This document shows positions 1-8,415 of a DNA stretch of 64,000 nucleotides, piece after piece. Both the position numbers and the translations under genes were made by a program. Source of the DNA: an uncultured Rikenella sp. Lineage in GTDB: Bacteria > Bacteroidota > Bacteroidia > Bacteroidales > VadinHA17. How positions within the stretch are numbered: position 1 is the stretch's first letter; each line of letters opens with the position of its first letter. The DNA is taken from assembly GCA_964411345.1 (NCBI GenBank), contig CAYPKP010000005.1, forward strand, positions 2,189-66,188, given 5' to 3'. Below the pieces are notes generated by a model. That model had not been told where the DNA came from. It saw only the letters and a program-made list of their open reading frames with translations, and did not search any database.

Positions 1-804
1 TTCAATAAAGGCAGGGAGCCTGAAGATCCGAAATACCTCGATCCTGAACAGCCGACACTCTTCGAGTATTACAAGGGCGCAGGCATCATATCAGCTGAAG
101 AGGCTGACGGAGGGTGGATAACCGGTCTCAAGGGCGGCATCTCCTATGACTCGCGTGACCAGCGCGCCTGTCCGATGAATGGCATCTGGGCCGAAACCGG
201 CGTGGAGGTGGTCCCCGGGTTTCTGGGTGCAGAATCCAGCTTCGGCAAGCTCTACTTCACCTGGAGACAGTATTTCACTCTTAAGGAGAATGACCTGAGC
301 TTCGCTTACAGGCTGGGTTACCAGACCACCTTGTTCGGTGACGTTCCCTTCTACTACCAGGGGCAGGTGATAGTGTCCGAACTGAGGGGATCATCCTCCG
401 AAGGCCTCGGAGGCAGCAAGACACTCCGCGGCCTTCTGAGAAACAGGGTCGTGGGTGACGGCTTCCTCTACGGCAACGCGGAGCTGCGCTGGAAGATGGT
501 GCGCTTCCGCTTCATCAACCAGAACTTCTACCTGGGCACCAACTACTTCGTCGATGCCGGAATGGTGACCTCTCCCGTCGATGTGGACATCCCTTCTTTT
601 CAGGATTATCTCGATGACAACTTCGCAGGAGAGCAGGCCGGCAACTACCTGCAGGACGTGAAAGACACACCCCACATCGCTGCCGGCCTCGGCCTCAAAA
701 TAGCCATGAATGAGAACTTCATCATCTCCGCCGATATCGGCAAGGCCCTGAAGGCCCAGGATGGCAATATGGAGTTCTATATCGGGCTCAACTATCTCTT
801 TTAG
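1..804 (+). CDS. Omp85/BamA-TamA family outer-membrane beta-barrel protein, C-terminal part (5' end lies outside the window)
   Basis: Frame 1 is open from base 1, with no stop before the listed Met at 175. GGSKTLRGLLRNRVVGDGFLYGNAELRW matches the surface-antigen (D15) barrel motif. The C-terminus ...IGLNYLF ends in an aromatic residue, as is typical of OM barrels. Confidence 0.75.
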   Translation, partial: FNKGREPEDPKYLDPEQPTLFEYYKGAGIISAEEADGGWITGLKGGISYDSRDQRACPMNGIWAETGVEVVPGFLGAESSFGKLYFTWRQYFTLKENDLSFAYRLGYQTTLFGDVPFYYQGQVIVSELRGSSSEGLGGSKTLRGLLRNRVVGDGFLYGNAELRWKMVRFRFINQNFYLGTNYFVDAGMVTSPVDVDIPSFQDYLDDNFAGEQAGNYLQDVKDTPHIAAGLGLKIAMNENFIISADIGKALKAQDGNMEFYIGLNYLF

Positions 805-884
805 TCGGCAGTCGGCAGTCAATTTCAGTCGGCAGTCAATTTCAGTCGGCAGCCGGCAGTCTTCATTTGGCAATTGGCAGTTTG
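803..884. repeat. Tandem array with 7-nt core: AGTCGGC x2, (AGTCAATTTC AGTCGGC) x2, AGCCGGC, then TTGGCAA TTGGCAG
   Basis: Read directly from the sequence. The array begins inside the TAG stop (802-804) of the upstream + gene. Confidence 0.9.
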
Positions 885-987
885 AAACGCCGACAGGGGA
901 GGAGGATCAATCCCGCATCCGCCATCTGGCGGATCGCGACGGCAGTCGGCAGCCCGTGCAAGTCACTCATTTACTGAGAGCTGCTGG

Positions 988-1012
988 CTGTAGACTGTAG
1001 ACTGCAGACTAC
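988..1012. repeat. Heptamer array CTG TAGACTG TAGACTG CAGACTAC (minus-sense: tAGTCTGC AGTCTAC AGTCTAC AG)
   Basis: Read directly. The array overlaps the TAG stop (1009-1011, minus strand) of the DUF819-like gene and extends 3' of it in that gene's sense orientation. Confidence 0.9.
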
Positions 1013-2301
1013 AACCTGCCCAGCCACATGCCGAAGGCAACTCCGATATAGTTGCCAAGGATCCATCCTATCATGCCTGTCGCCAGCCCGGTGAGGATGA
1101 CATCCTTGTTCTTCAGCGCTGCGGCAACCATCGGCACAAAGGGAGGTGAATAGACAAAACCGGTGGTGGTGATAAGGTAATCATCAACAGATATCCTGAA
1201 TATCCACGAGAGAAAAAGGTGCAGAAAAAGGGATCCGAAGTAGGCATATGTGACAAAGAGCAGAAGGTTAAGGTACTTCGCCTGGAAGATCACGCTCAGG
1301 TCACACCTGGTGGCAATGACTATGGAAAATGCAATGATGAAGTACATGCCCAGCTGAAAGGTCTTTCGGATTTCCCTGATACGTTTGATGAAGGAGGCGG
1401 CAACGCCCAGGGTAGTTATCGCCAGTATCACCGAGATGGTCATGGGCACTTTCGGAAAAAGAAAACTGACACCAAGTCCCAGCCCCAGTACTACTATTGA
1501 GAGACCCATGGCTCCGAGCAGAGGCAGTACCGTCTCCTTTTTAAAGATACCGGTATAATCGTCAAAATCTTCAGCCATCTGCTCACTCACCGCCTTGAAA
1601 TCAGCCTCTTTCACCGTCATTTCAGAAGGCGCCTTGAAGGGCGGAAGAAACAGCCGGAAGAAGGCCGGTCCTGCTGATATGAAGAACAGAATGACCACGG
1701 CACCGACGATCATGTCATAGGTGTTGGTCATAATGAAGGCATTTGGTTCTACCTTAAGCGCCAGGGCAATGGAGGCCAGGTTCACCGAGCCACCGGTGTA
1801 GAGTCCTATCAGCATCCCTCCGATCCTGTCTGACCCTTCGACCTTGTCCCTGAAAATGAGATATCCGGTGGCCACTATCACCATCACGGATATCAGTGCC
1901 AGCAACATCGAGAGGAACCCCTTCCCGGAAAACCTCAGCCACCTCCTGACATTGAGGGAAAAGAGTATCAGGGGTATGGCCAGCAATACCAGTGCAGTCT
2001 GCATGCTGTCCTGCACGGCAGCAATGCTGTTGTACCGCAGGTCGCTCTGCGAAAGTGTGCCTGCGGCAACCATCTCCACAGCCTCCGATTTGGGGATGTA
2101 TGACCTGTCATGACCTATGGTGGCTTCGCGGAAAGCATCACTGCTGCGCGGCATGATGCCCACATTTGCGATGATGATGCCCACGGCGTAGGCAAGCACA
2201 ATTGCACCGAGCTTCCTGAAGAAGGCATATTTTTTTGTGAGCCAGATAAGGAAAGCAGGAAAGATAAGGCAGAAGAGGGCCAGGAGGATAAGGGTCAGCA
2301 T
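1009..2301 (-). CDS. Polytopic membrane protein, DUF819-like (putative transporter)
   Basis: Long ORF with many hydrophobic helices. The N-terminus MLTLILLALFCLIFPAFLIWLTKKYAFFRKLGAIVLAYAVGIIIAN resembles the DUF819 family. The listed start at 2364 is a GTG; the first ATG is at 2301, and the true start is uncertain. Confidence 0.6.
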   Translation of the reverse strand: MLTLILLALFCLIFPAFLIWLTKKYAFFRKLGAIVLAYAVGIIIANVGIMPRSSDAFREATIGHDRSYIPKSEAVEMVAAGTLSQSDLRYNSIAAVQDSMQTALVLLAIPLILFSLNVRRWLRFSGKGFLSMLLALISVMVIVATGYLIFRDKVEGSDRIGGMLIGLYTGGSVNLASIALALKVEPNAFIMTNTYDMIVGAVVILFFISAGPAFFRLFLPPFKAPSEMTVKEADFKAVSEQMAEDFDDYTGIFKKETVLPLLGAMGLSIVVLGLGLGVSFLFPKVPMTISVILAITTLGVAASFIKRIREIRKTFQLGMYFIIAFSIVIATRCDLSVIFQAKYLNLLLFVTYAYFGSLFLHLFLSWIFRISVDDYLITTTGFVYSPPFVPMVAAALKNKDVILTGLATGMIGWILGNYIGVAFGMWLGRL

Positions 2302-2400
2302 GGCGGTCAGTTTTAGTGCATCTAAAATAAATAAAGCCCCCTGCACGGAATGCGGGAGGCTCACAAAAGAGGTCTTTATACTTAATGGATGTAAGTATTT

Positions 2401-3237
2401 TTACTTATCGGGACACTCCTCGAAGCTCTTACGGTATTGCTCAATGGCCCGCTGGCTCATACCCATGCTGGAGAATCCGCCGTCGTTGAAGATGTTTTGC
2501 ATGGTGACCTTCCGCGTAAGGTCGGAGAAGAGTGTGATGCAGACGTCGGCACAGTCTGAGGCATCGGCGTTGCCCAGCGGAGACATCCTTTCAGAGAAGT
2601 CGACCAGCGAGTCAAACCCGGAAATGCCGGCCCCGGCGGTGGTGGCGGTGGGCGACTGTGATACGGTATTCACCCTCACATGCCTCTCTTTGCCGTAGAT
2701 ATAGCCGAAGCTTCTTGCAATGGACTCCAGCAGTGCCTTGGCATCACCCATGTCATTGTAGCCTGCAAGCGTACGCTGGGCAGCAACGTACGTGAGTGCC
2801 ACCACTGAGCCCCACTCGCTTATGGCATCAAGCCTGTAGGCGGTTTGCAATATGCGGTGAAAACTGAGGGCGGAGATGTCGAGCGTCTTCAGCATGTTCT
2901 CATAGTTGATCTCCGGATAGGGTATCCCCTTCCGCACGTTGGGCGACATCCCTATGGAGTGCAGTACGAAGTCGATCTTCCCTCCGAAATGTTCCAGCGA
3001 CCTTCCGAACAGTTCATTAAGGTCTTTCATGCTGGTGGCATCGGCTGATATCACCTCGCTGCCGGTCTTCTCCGCCAGCTCCCCGATGGTACCCATGCGG
3101 ATGGCCACTGGGGCATTTGTAAGCACGAGTTGTGCTCCCTGGGCATGTGCCTTCTCCGCTACATGCCATGCAATGGATTTGTCATTCAGGGCCCCGAAGA
3201 TTATTCCCCGCTTGCCCGCGAGCAGATTGGTGATCAT
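2401..3237 (-). CDS. fabI: Enoyl-[acyl-carrier-protein] reductase (NADH), FabI type
   Basis: LLAGKRGIIFGALNDKSIAWHVAEK...VLTNAPVAIRMG...IDFVLHSIGMSPNVRKG is the characteristic Bacteroidetes FabI SDR pattern. Length is 278 aa. Confidence 0.85.
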   Translation of the reverse strand: MITNLLAGKRGIIFGALNDKSIAWHVAEKAHAQGAQLVLTNAPVAIRMGTIGELAEKTGSEVISADATSMKDLNELFGRSLEHFGGKIDFVLHSIGMSPNVRKGIPYPEINYENMLKTLDISALSFHRILQTAYRLDAISEWGSVVALTYVAAQRTLAGYNDMGDAKALLESIARSFGYIYGKERHVRVNTVSQSPTATTAGAGISGFDSLVDFSERMSPLGNADASDCADVCITLFSDLTRKVTMQNIFNDGGFSSMGMSQRAIEQYRKSFEECPDK

Positions 3238-3270
3238 GATAAGTCTGTTTTAGTTGTTTGCTTAATACCG

Positions 3271-4929
3271 TTATTTGCTTCCGAGGAGCTCCCGGGCATT
3301 GCGCACTGCTGCTTCTGTCACGGTGCTTCCGCTGAGCAGCCGGGCAATCTCCTGCACCCTCTCCCCGCTCTTCAACAACCTGACACGGGTAATTGTTGAG
3401 TGGTCACTCTCTTCTTTAAATACATGATAATGGAGAGTGCCCCTTGAGGCCACCTGTGGAAGATGCGTTATGTTGATCACCTGCATGCTCCTTCCCATCT
3501 CCTCCAGTATGTCTCCGACCATGGAAGCCACCTCACCCGAGACCCCCGAATCTATCTCGTCAAAGATAATCGCAGGCAGTCCGGTGCTGCTTGCCAGCAC
3601 CGACTTGAGGCAGAGCATCACCCTCGACAGCTCCCCGCCCGAGGCGCATCGCGACAACTCTTCGGGTTCCACCTGCCTGTTGGCGCTGAACATGAACTCA
3701 GCCCTCTCCGATCCTGAAGGTCCGGGCATATCTGACGGTACCAGCTCGGTTTCAAACCGTGCGTGTGGCATCCCCAGCTTCTTCAGCATAGCCGTGATCT
3801 CGCGGGTTAACGGGACCGCTGCTTCACGCCTGGCTGCAGAGAGCCGCCCGGCAAGATCCGCCACCACCGCATAGGCTTCATCGGTACTCTTCCTGAGATC
3901 GGTGATCCTTTCATCAACACCTGACGAGAGTGATACTTTTTCTGCGATCCGCTCCTGCAGTGAAAGCAGCTCACCGAGGTCCCTGCACCTGTGCTTCTGC
4001 ATGAGAGACCAGATAGTATCCAGTCGTGCGGTTACATACTCAAGCCTGCCAGGGTCGTCTGAAATGTTGCTGTTGAGTTTCTCAGCTTCGTATGATATGT
4101 CATTGAGATCAATAAGCTGGGCTTCTACCCGCTGCTCAAGCACGGCAGCTTCCGGCAGCCATCCTGATATCTTAGCCAGGCTGTTGCGCACCGTCCTGAG
4201 CAGGGTGATGGCAGAAGCACCTTCACCCGACAGTGCCGTGGTGACACTGTTCAGGGCCTCTTTGATCTCTCCGGCATTGGTAAGCCTCTCCTGCTCCTGC
4301 TCCAGTGTCTCCTGCTCCCCTTCCGTGAGCCTGGCAGCCTGCAACTCCTCCAGCTGATGCGAGTAGTAGTCGAAGTCAGCCCTTGTCCTCTCCGCGTCAC
4401 CGGCCGCATCATCATAGGCACGCCTGGCCCTGAGGTACCTGGTCCATGCATCCCTGTATTGAGCGGAGAGGGACGCGGCACCGGCATAGGCATCAATGAC
4501 CCGCAACTGAAACATACTGTTTCCGAGCAGCAGCGTCTGATGCTGTGAATGAACATCGATGAGCCTGGCACCCAGCTCCTTCATCACATTAAGGGTCACA
4601 GGGGTATCATTGATGAATGCCCTCGACTTGCCGGCAGGGGTTATCTCGCGTCGCAGTATCAGTTCATCATCGTAGTCAAGGCCATTTTCGTCGAATAGCG
4701 CCTCCAGCTCATATCCCCCGACATTGAAGTCGGCCTCCACGATACACTTTTCATCCTGGCTCAGCAGCACGGATGTGTCTGCCCTCTCCCCAAGAGCCAG
4801 CGCCAGTGCTCCCAGGAGAATCGACTTGCCGGCCCCGGTTTCGCCGGTAATGACCGTAAAACCGTCACCAAAGCCCATGTCAAGCTCCCGGATTATGGCA
4901 TAGTTTTTAACTGTCAGTCTGCGAAGCAT
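3271..4929 (-). CDS. recN: DNA repair protein RecN
   Basis: MLRRLTVKNYAIIRELDMGFGDGFTVITGETGAGKSILLGALALALGERAD (Walker A), a coiled-coil middle region, and a C-terminal ASGGELSRVMLCLK...IIFDEIDSGVSG signature/Walker B. I chose the ATG at 4929 because the longer ORF would overlap the upstream gene. Confidence 0.95.
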   Translation of the reverse strand: MLRRLTVKNYAIIRELDMGFGDGFTVITGETGAGKSILLGALALALGERADTSVLLSQDEKCIVEADFNVGGYELEALFDENGLDYDDELILRREITPAGKSRAFINDTPVTLNVMKELGARLIDVHSQHQTLLLGNSMFQLRVIDAYAGAASLSAQYRDAWTRYLRARRAYDDAAGDAERTRADFDYYSHQLEELQAARLTEGEQETLEQEQERLTNAGEIKEALNSVTTALSGEGASAITLLRTVRNSLAKISGWLPEAAVLEQRVEAQLIDLNDISYEAEKLNSNISDDPGRLEYVTARLDTIWSLMQKHRCRDLGELLSLQERIAEKVSLSSGVDERITDLRKSTDEAYAVVADLAGRLSAARREAAVPLTREITAMLKKLGMPHARFETELVPSDMPGPSGSERAEFMFSANRQVEPEELSRCASGGELSRVMLCLKSVLASSTGLPAIIFDEIDSGVSGEVASMVGDILEEMGRSMQVINITHLPQVASRGTLHYHVFKEESDHSTITRVRLLKSGERVQEIARLLSGSTVTEAAVRNARELLGSK

Positions 4930-4939
4930 GATCACTCCT

Positions 4940-5872
4940 TTAAACCGAAGGGGAAAGAATCTTCTGGTATTTTGAATCGTTGGCAGGATCAATCTCCGAA
5001 AGTATCTGCACAACCCTGTTCTTCTCCTCCGGGAAGGCCTGGGAAAAGATATTCACGATCTCATCTGCCTTGGCATCCAGGATAATGCTCATATAATACA
5101 TGAAGGGATCGGGACGGCGGCGGTAGACCTCCTGCAGTTGCCTCAGACTCTCATAGATCTCGGTCCGGGCCCTGGTAATATCCGACTCCAGCCGGTCCAT
5201 ACCCCTCATATGGTACTGGTAAACAAACTGCCTGACACCTGAATACTCACTGTCAAGTATGTTCTTCACAAGCCAGTACCGGTTCCTGTTCCTCGAGCCG
5301 TCATAGGGCTTCCATCCTGGCTCCGGTGCATTCTGCGCATTGGTGACAATCTTTTCAGCGATCTGGAAATAGGGTGTGCCACCATTGGGAGAAAAAGTAT
5401 CAAAGTCCATCCCTATAAGAAGATAGGCATAATATGCAAGTACCGAGACAAGGTTGCTGGTGTGGCTGTTGGGATTGAACTCCAGAGGCTGAAACTCGAC
5501 ATACCTGAACTGAAAGTTGTTGTCGACAAAGTTCAGAACGGTAGATTCGTATGTGGTGTTGAAAACCGGCCGGCGAAGCTGCACCTGCAGCGTGCCCCTG
5601 AACTCATCAGCCGACAGCTGATCATCCAGGTTTATCAGAATATTGCACTCAATCCTCTCTGAGAAGCTGAACAGATTGTCTGTCCATACCATGCTGTTCA
5701 TGAACTCATAGATGTCGCGCTGCATGCTCTGGAAAACCTCCCTGTTGGAGCCCTGTATCTTCTGTGCCGAGACCTGCACGTTGCAGTACAGCTCCTGCGA
5801 ATGCACGCCGGTCAGGGTGAACAGCACGGCAACCGCCGTAAGGAGAATCTTTCTTCTGATGATCGTGGACAT
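4940..5872 (-). CDS. DUF4835 family secreted protein (Bacteroidota-specific; I recall recent annotations linking this family to the T9SS component PorD, unverified)
   Basis: Signal peptide MSTIIRRKILLTAVAVLFTLTGVHSQ. It occupies the conserved position between coaBC and recN, as in other Bacteroidota. Confidence 0.7.
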   Translation of the reverse strand: MSTIIRRKILLTAVAVLFTLTGVHSQELYCNVQVSAQKIQGSNREVFQSMQRDIYEFMNSMVWTDNLFSFSERIECNILINLDDQLSADEFRGTLQVQLRRPVFNTTYESTVLNFVDNNFQFRYVEFQPLEFNPNSHTSNLVSVLAYYAYLLIGMDFDTFSPNGGTPYFQIAEKIVTNAQNAPEPGWKPYDGSRNRNRYWLVKNILDSEYSGVRQFVYQYHMRGMDRLESDITRARTEIYESLRQLQEVYRRRPDPFMYYMSIILDAKADEIVNIFSQAFPEEKNRVVQILSEIDPANDSKYQKILSPSV

Positions 5873-5878
5873 CCGGTA

Positions 5879-7090
5879 TCAGCCTGTCAAAGAGATGATC
5901 CTGCGCAATATATCCAAGGCAACCTCACCCTTTGATTTCAACTCAAATTTATCAATATTATTGTTACTGTCAATGATGGTGATCCTGTTGGTTTCATAGC
6001 CAAACCCCGCCCCTTCATCCCTGAGCGAATTCAGGATGATCATGTCAAGATTCTTGCGCTTCAGCTTATCCATGGCGTTTGCTGTCTCATTGTCAGTCTC
6101 CAGGGCAAAGCCTGCAAGAAACTGGCCACTCCTCTTCATGCTTCCCAGATAAGCGGCAATATCCTCTGTGGGCTTGAGCCTGATGACCATCTCCCCCGGG
6201 CCTCTCTTGATCTTGGTAGCGGAGGTTGTCTCAGGAGTGAAATCAGCCACCGCTGCAGCAAGAATGGCAATATCGCATTCACGGAAGGCAGTGACGGAGG
6301 CCTCCTTCATCTCAGCAGCCGTCTTCACGGCAACGGTCTTAACGTCAGGGTGTGCCGGCGACAGGTTCACCGGACCGAGCACCAGCGTCACCTCCGCACC
6401 CAGTGCTGCTGCCTCATCAGCGAGGGCAATGCCCATGCGGCCAGAGGAATGGTTGCTGATAAAACGCACGGGATCAATGGGTTCCATGGTGGGACCGGCA
6501 TTGATAAACAGCTTCCTGCCCCTCAGAGGCAATTCAGTTATTTTTTTTTTTGAGAGAAACGCAACGATCTCCTTTACAATTATCTCCGGCTCACTCATGC
6601 GGCCCTTGCCTTCCAGGCCACTGGCAAGCTCACCGGTGTCAGGCCCTATAAGATGATGCCCGAATAACTTCAGAGTCTCAATGTTCCTCACCGTCGCCGG
6701 ATGATTAAGCATGTCAAGATCCATGGCCGGAGCCAGGAAAACAGGACAGCGCGCCGAAAGAAGTGTTGTTAGCAGCAGGTTGTCAGCTATGCCGGCAGCC
6801 ATCTTGCCCATGGTGTTGGCAGTGGCGGGTGCCACGAGGAAGAGATCAGCCCACAGCCCGAGATCGATGTGACTGTTCCAGCGCCCGTCCTCCGGGTCAA
6901 AGAAATCGACCAGGACAGGATTTTTGGAAAGGGTTGCAAGCGTCAGAGGGGTGATGAACTCTCTTGCCAGGGGTGTCATGATAACCTTCACCTCGGCCCC
7001 TTCCCTGACAAGCAGCCGGATTGTTACAGCTGCCTTGTACGCTGCAATGCCTCCGGTGACTCCAAGGAGTATCTTCCTGCCTTTCAGCAT
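5879..7090 (-). CDS. coaBC: Bifunctional phosphopantothenoylcysteine decarboxylase / phosphopantothenate-cysteine ligase
   Basis: N-terminal flavoprotein motif KILLGVTGGIAAYKA and a C-terminal DFP/CoaB domain (INAGPTMEPIDPVRFISNHSSGRMG). Length is 403 aa. Confidence 0.95.
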   Translation of the reverse strand: MLKGRKILLGVTGGIAAYKAAVTIRLLVREGAEVKVIMTPLAREFITPLTLATLSKNPVLVDFFDPEDGRWNSHIDLGLWADLFLVAPATANTMGKMAAGIADNLLLTTLLSARCPVFLAPAMDLDMLNHPATVRNIETLKLFGHHLIGPDTGELASGLEGKGRMSEPEIIVKEIVAFLSKKKITELPLRGRKLFINAGPTMEPIDPVRFISNHSSGRMGIALADEAAALGAEVTLVLGPVNLSPAHPDVKTVAVKTAAEMKEASVTAFRECDIAILAAAVADFTPETTSATKIKRGPGEMVIRLKPTEDIAAYLGSMKRSGQFLAGFALETDNETANAMDKLKRKNLDMIILNSLRDEGAGFGYETNRITIIDSNNNIDKFELKSKGEVALDILRRIISLTG

Positions 7091-7098
7091 AATGCAAG

Positions 7099-7434
7099 TT
7101 ACTTCTTCTGTTTCTGATCCTTTTCGGGATTGCGGAAATAGATCTTGTCGTCCTCGAACTCTGCCAGTGCAATAAGGGTGGGCTTTGGCAGACGCTCGTA
7201 AAACTTGGATATCTCTATCTGCTCCCTGTTCTCGAAAACCTCTTCAAGGTTGTCATTGAATGAGGCAAACTCCTCCAGCTTGGAGTTAAGCTCCTGCTTC
7301 ATCTCAACGCTGATCTGGTTTGCCCTGCGGGTGGCTATGATAACACTCTCGTAAATGTTGCCCGTTTTGTTGTCAAACTTGTCCACATCACGGGTGATGG
7401 TAGTGTACGATGCTGCTGTCTTCTTATAATCCAT
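7099..7434 (-). CDS. rpoZ: DNA-directed RNA polymerase subunit omega (Bacteroidetes type)
   Basis: NIYESVIIATRRANQI is the omega core motif. The ATG at 7434 avoids overlap with bamD. The gene is syntenic with bamD and coaBC. Confidence 0.8.
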   Translation of the reverse strand: MDYKKTAASYTTITRDVDKFDNKTGNIYESVIIATRRANQISVEMKQELNSKLEEFASFNDNLEEVFENREQIEISKFYERLPKPTLIALAEFEDDKIYFRNPEKDQKQKK

Positions 7435-7450
7435 AGTTATATTAATGTTG

Positions 7451-8269
7451 TCAGTTGCTTTCTGTGACGGGAGCCGATGTGTCAACCTTCAGGAATCTTG
7501 CCGTAGTGTTGAAAATTCTCCCAACCTCCTTCGAATACCTGCTCCCGGGAAACTCTTCAATAAAGGAATAATATTCGTCGAGTGCTGCCTGGTACCTCTC
7601 AACCTGCTTCTCCGGAACACTTCTTTCAGCATAGAGAAACAGTGCATCAAGCTTCAGATACATCAGCTCCTCGCGGTATTTTGTGTCAGGATACTCCTTG
7701 AGGCTGTTGGCCAGCGAGACCGTGGCAGCACGGTACTGTTTCAGGTCATAGTAGAGCCTGGCACTGAGATATGACTTCTCCACCAGCTTCTCCTGCAGCT
7801 CCAGTATCCTTGCCTTGCAGTCGTCGACACGCGTACTGGTCGGATATCTCTGCATGAAGATGGTAAAACTCTCTATCGCCTTCCTGGTATTGGACTGGTC
7901 CAGCTCAGGCCTGGGACTCATGTAGTAATCGCACAACGCTGAGAGATAGGCCGCTTCTTCGGCGTTGTTGCTTCCCGGGTAGGTGTCGGCAAAGTTCTGG
8001 TAATAGGTGCCTGCCATCATGTAGTCACGTATCCTGAAGTGAGCCTGGGCATTGATCCAGTTCAGCTGCTCCGCCTCTTCCGTGGCCCTGAACCTCGGCA
8101 ATATCTGGGTGAGCAGCTCGATTGACCTGGTGTACTTGCCGTCGTCAAAATAGTCATAGACCTTTTGCTTCTTGAGCTCATAATCACTGCTCTTGAGAAG
8201 CTTCTCATACTCACCGCATGATGTGACGGCAAACGCCAGAATGATAAATATTAAAGGCCTGATTCTCAT
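7451..8269 (-). CDS. bamD: Outer membrane protein assembly factor BamD (TPR lipoprotein)
   Basis: Lipoprotein signal MRIRPLIFIILAFAVTSCGE followed by TPR-like repeats. Length is about 270 aa, immediately upstream of rpoZ. Confidence 0.85.
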   Translation of the reverse strand: MRIRPLIFIILAFAVTSCGEYEKLLKSSDYELKKQKVYDYFDDGKYTRSIELLTQILPRFRATEEAEQLNWINAQAHFRIRDYMMAGTYYQNFADTYPGSNNAEEAAYLSALCDYYMSPRPELDQSNTRKAIESFTIFMQRYPTSTRVDDCKARILELQEKLVEKSYLSARLYYDLKQYRAATVSLANSLKEYPDTKYREELMYLKLDALFLYAERSVPEKQVERYQAALDEYYSFIEEFPGSRYSKEVGRIFNTTARFLKVDTSAPVTESN

Positions 8270-8415
8270 AAGCGGAAATGTTGCGCAAAATTACTCTTTT
8301 TTTTCATTCATAGTCCCAATACGATGCAAAAGTGCTCATTAAAAAGGTGCGAAATGGTTAAAGGTGTGTTAATTTAACGATACAAATAGGTATAAATAGG
8401 TACTGCTGATGAGCA

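Noticed and set aside
4930-5013. N-terminal extensions of listed ORFs (recN to 5013, rpoZ to 7485, uvrB to 25259, the secreted protein to 17326, the TPP enzyme to 55659, and others)
   Set aside because: The extensions overlap the upstream gene or start at non-ATG codons, and they lack similarity to the family N-termini. Internal ATGs reproduce canonical N-termini or signal peptides.
8286-8293. TAATTTTG -7 box (minus strand) as the bamD promoter
   Set aside because: The motif matches the consensus but sits only 17 nt from the ATG, and no -33 TTTG lies at the proper spacing. That is too weak to list as a feature.
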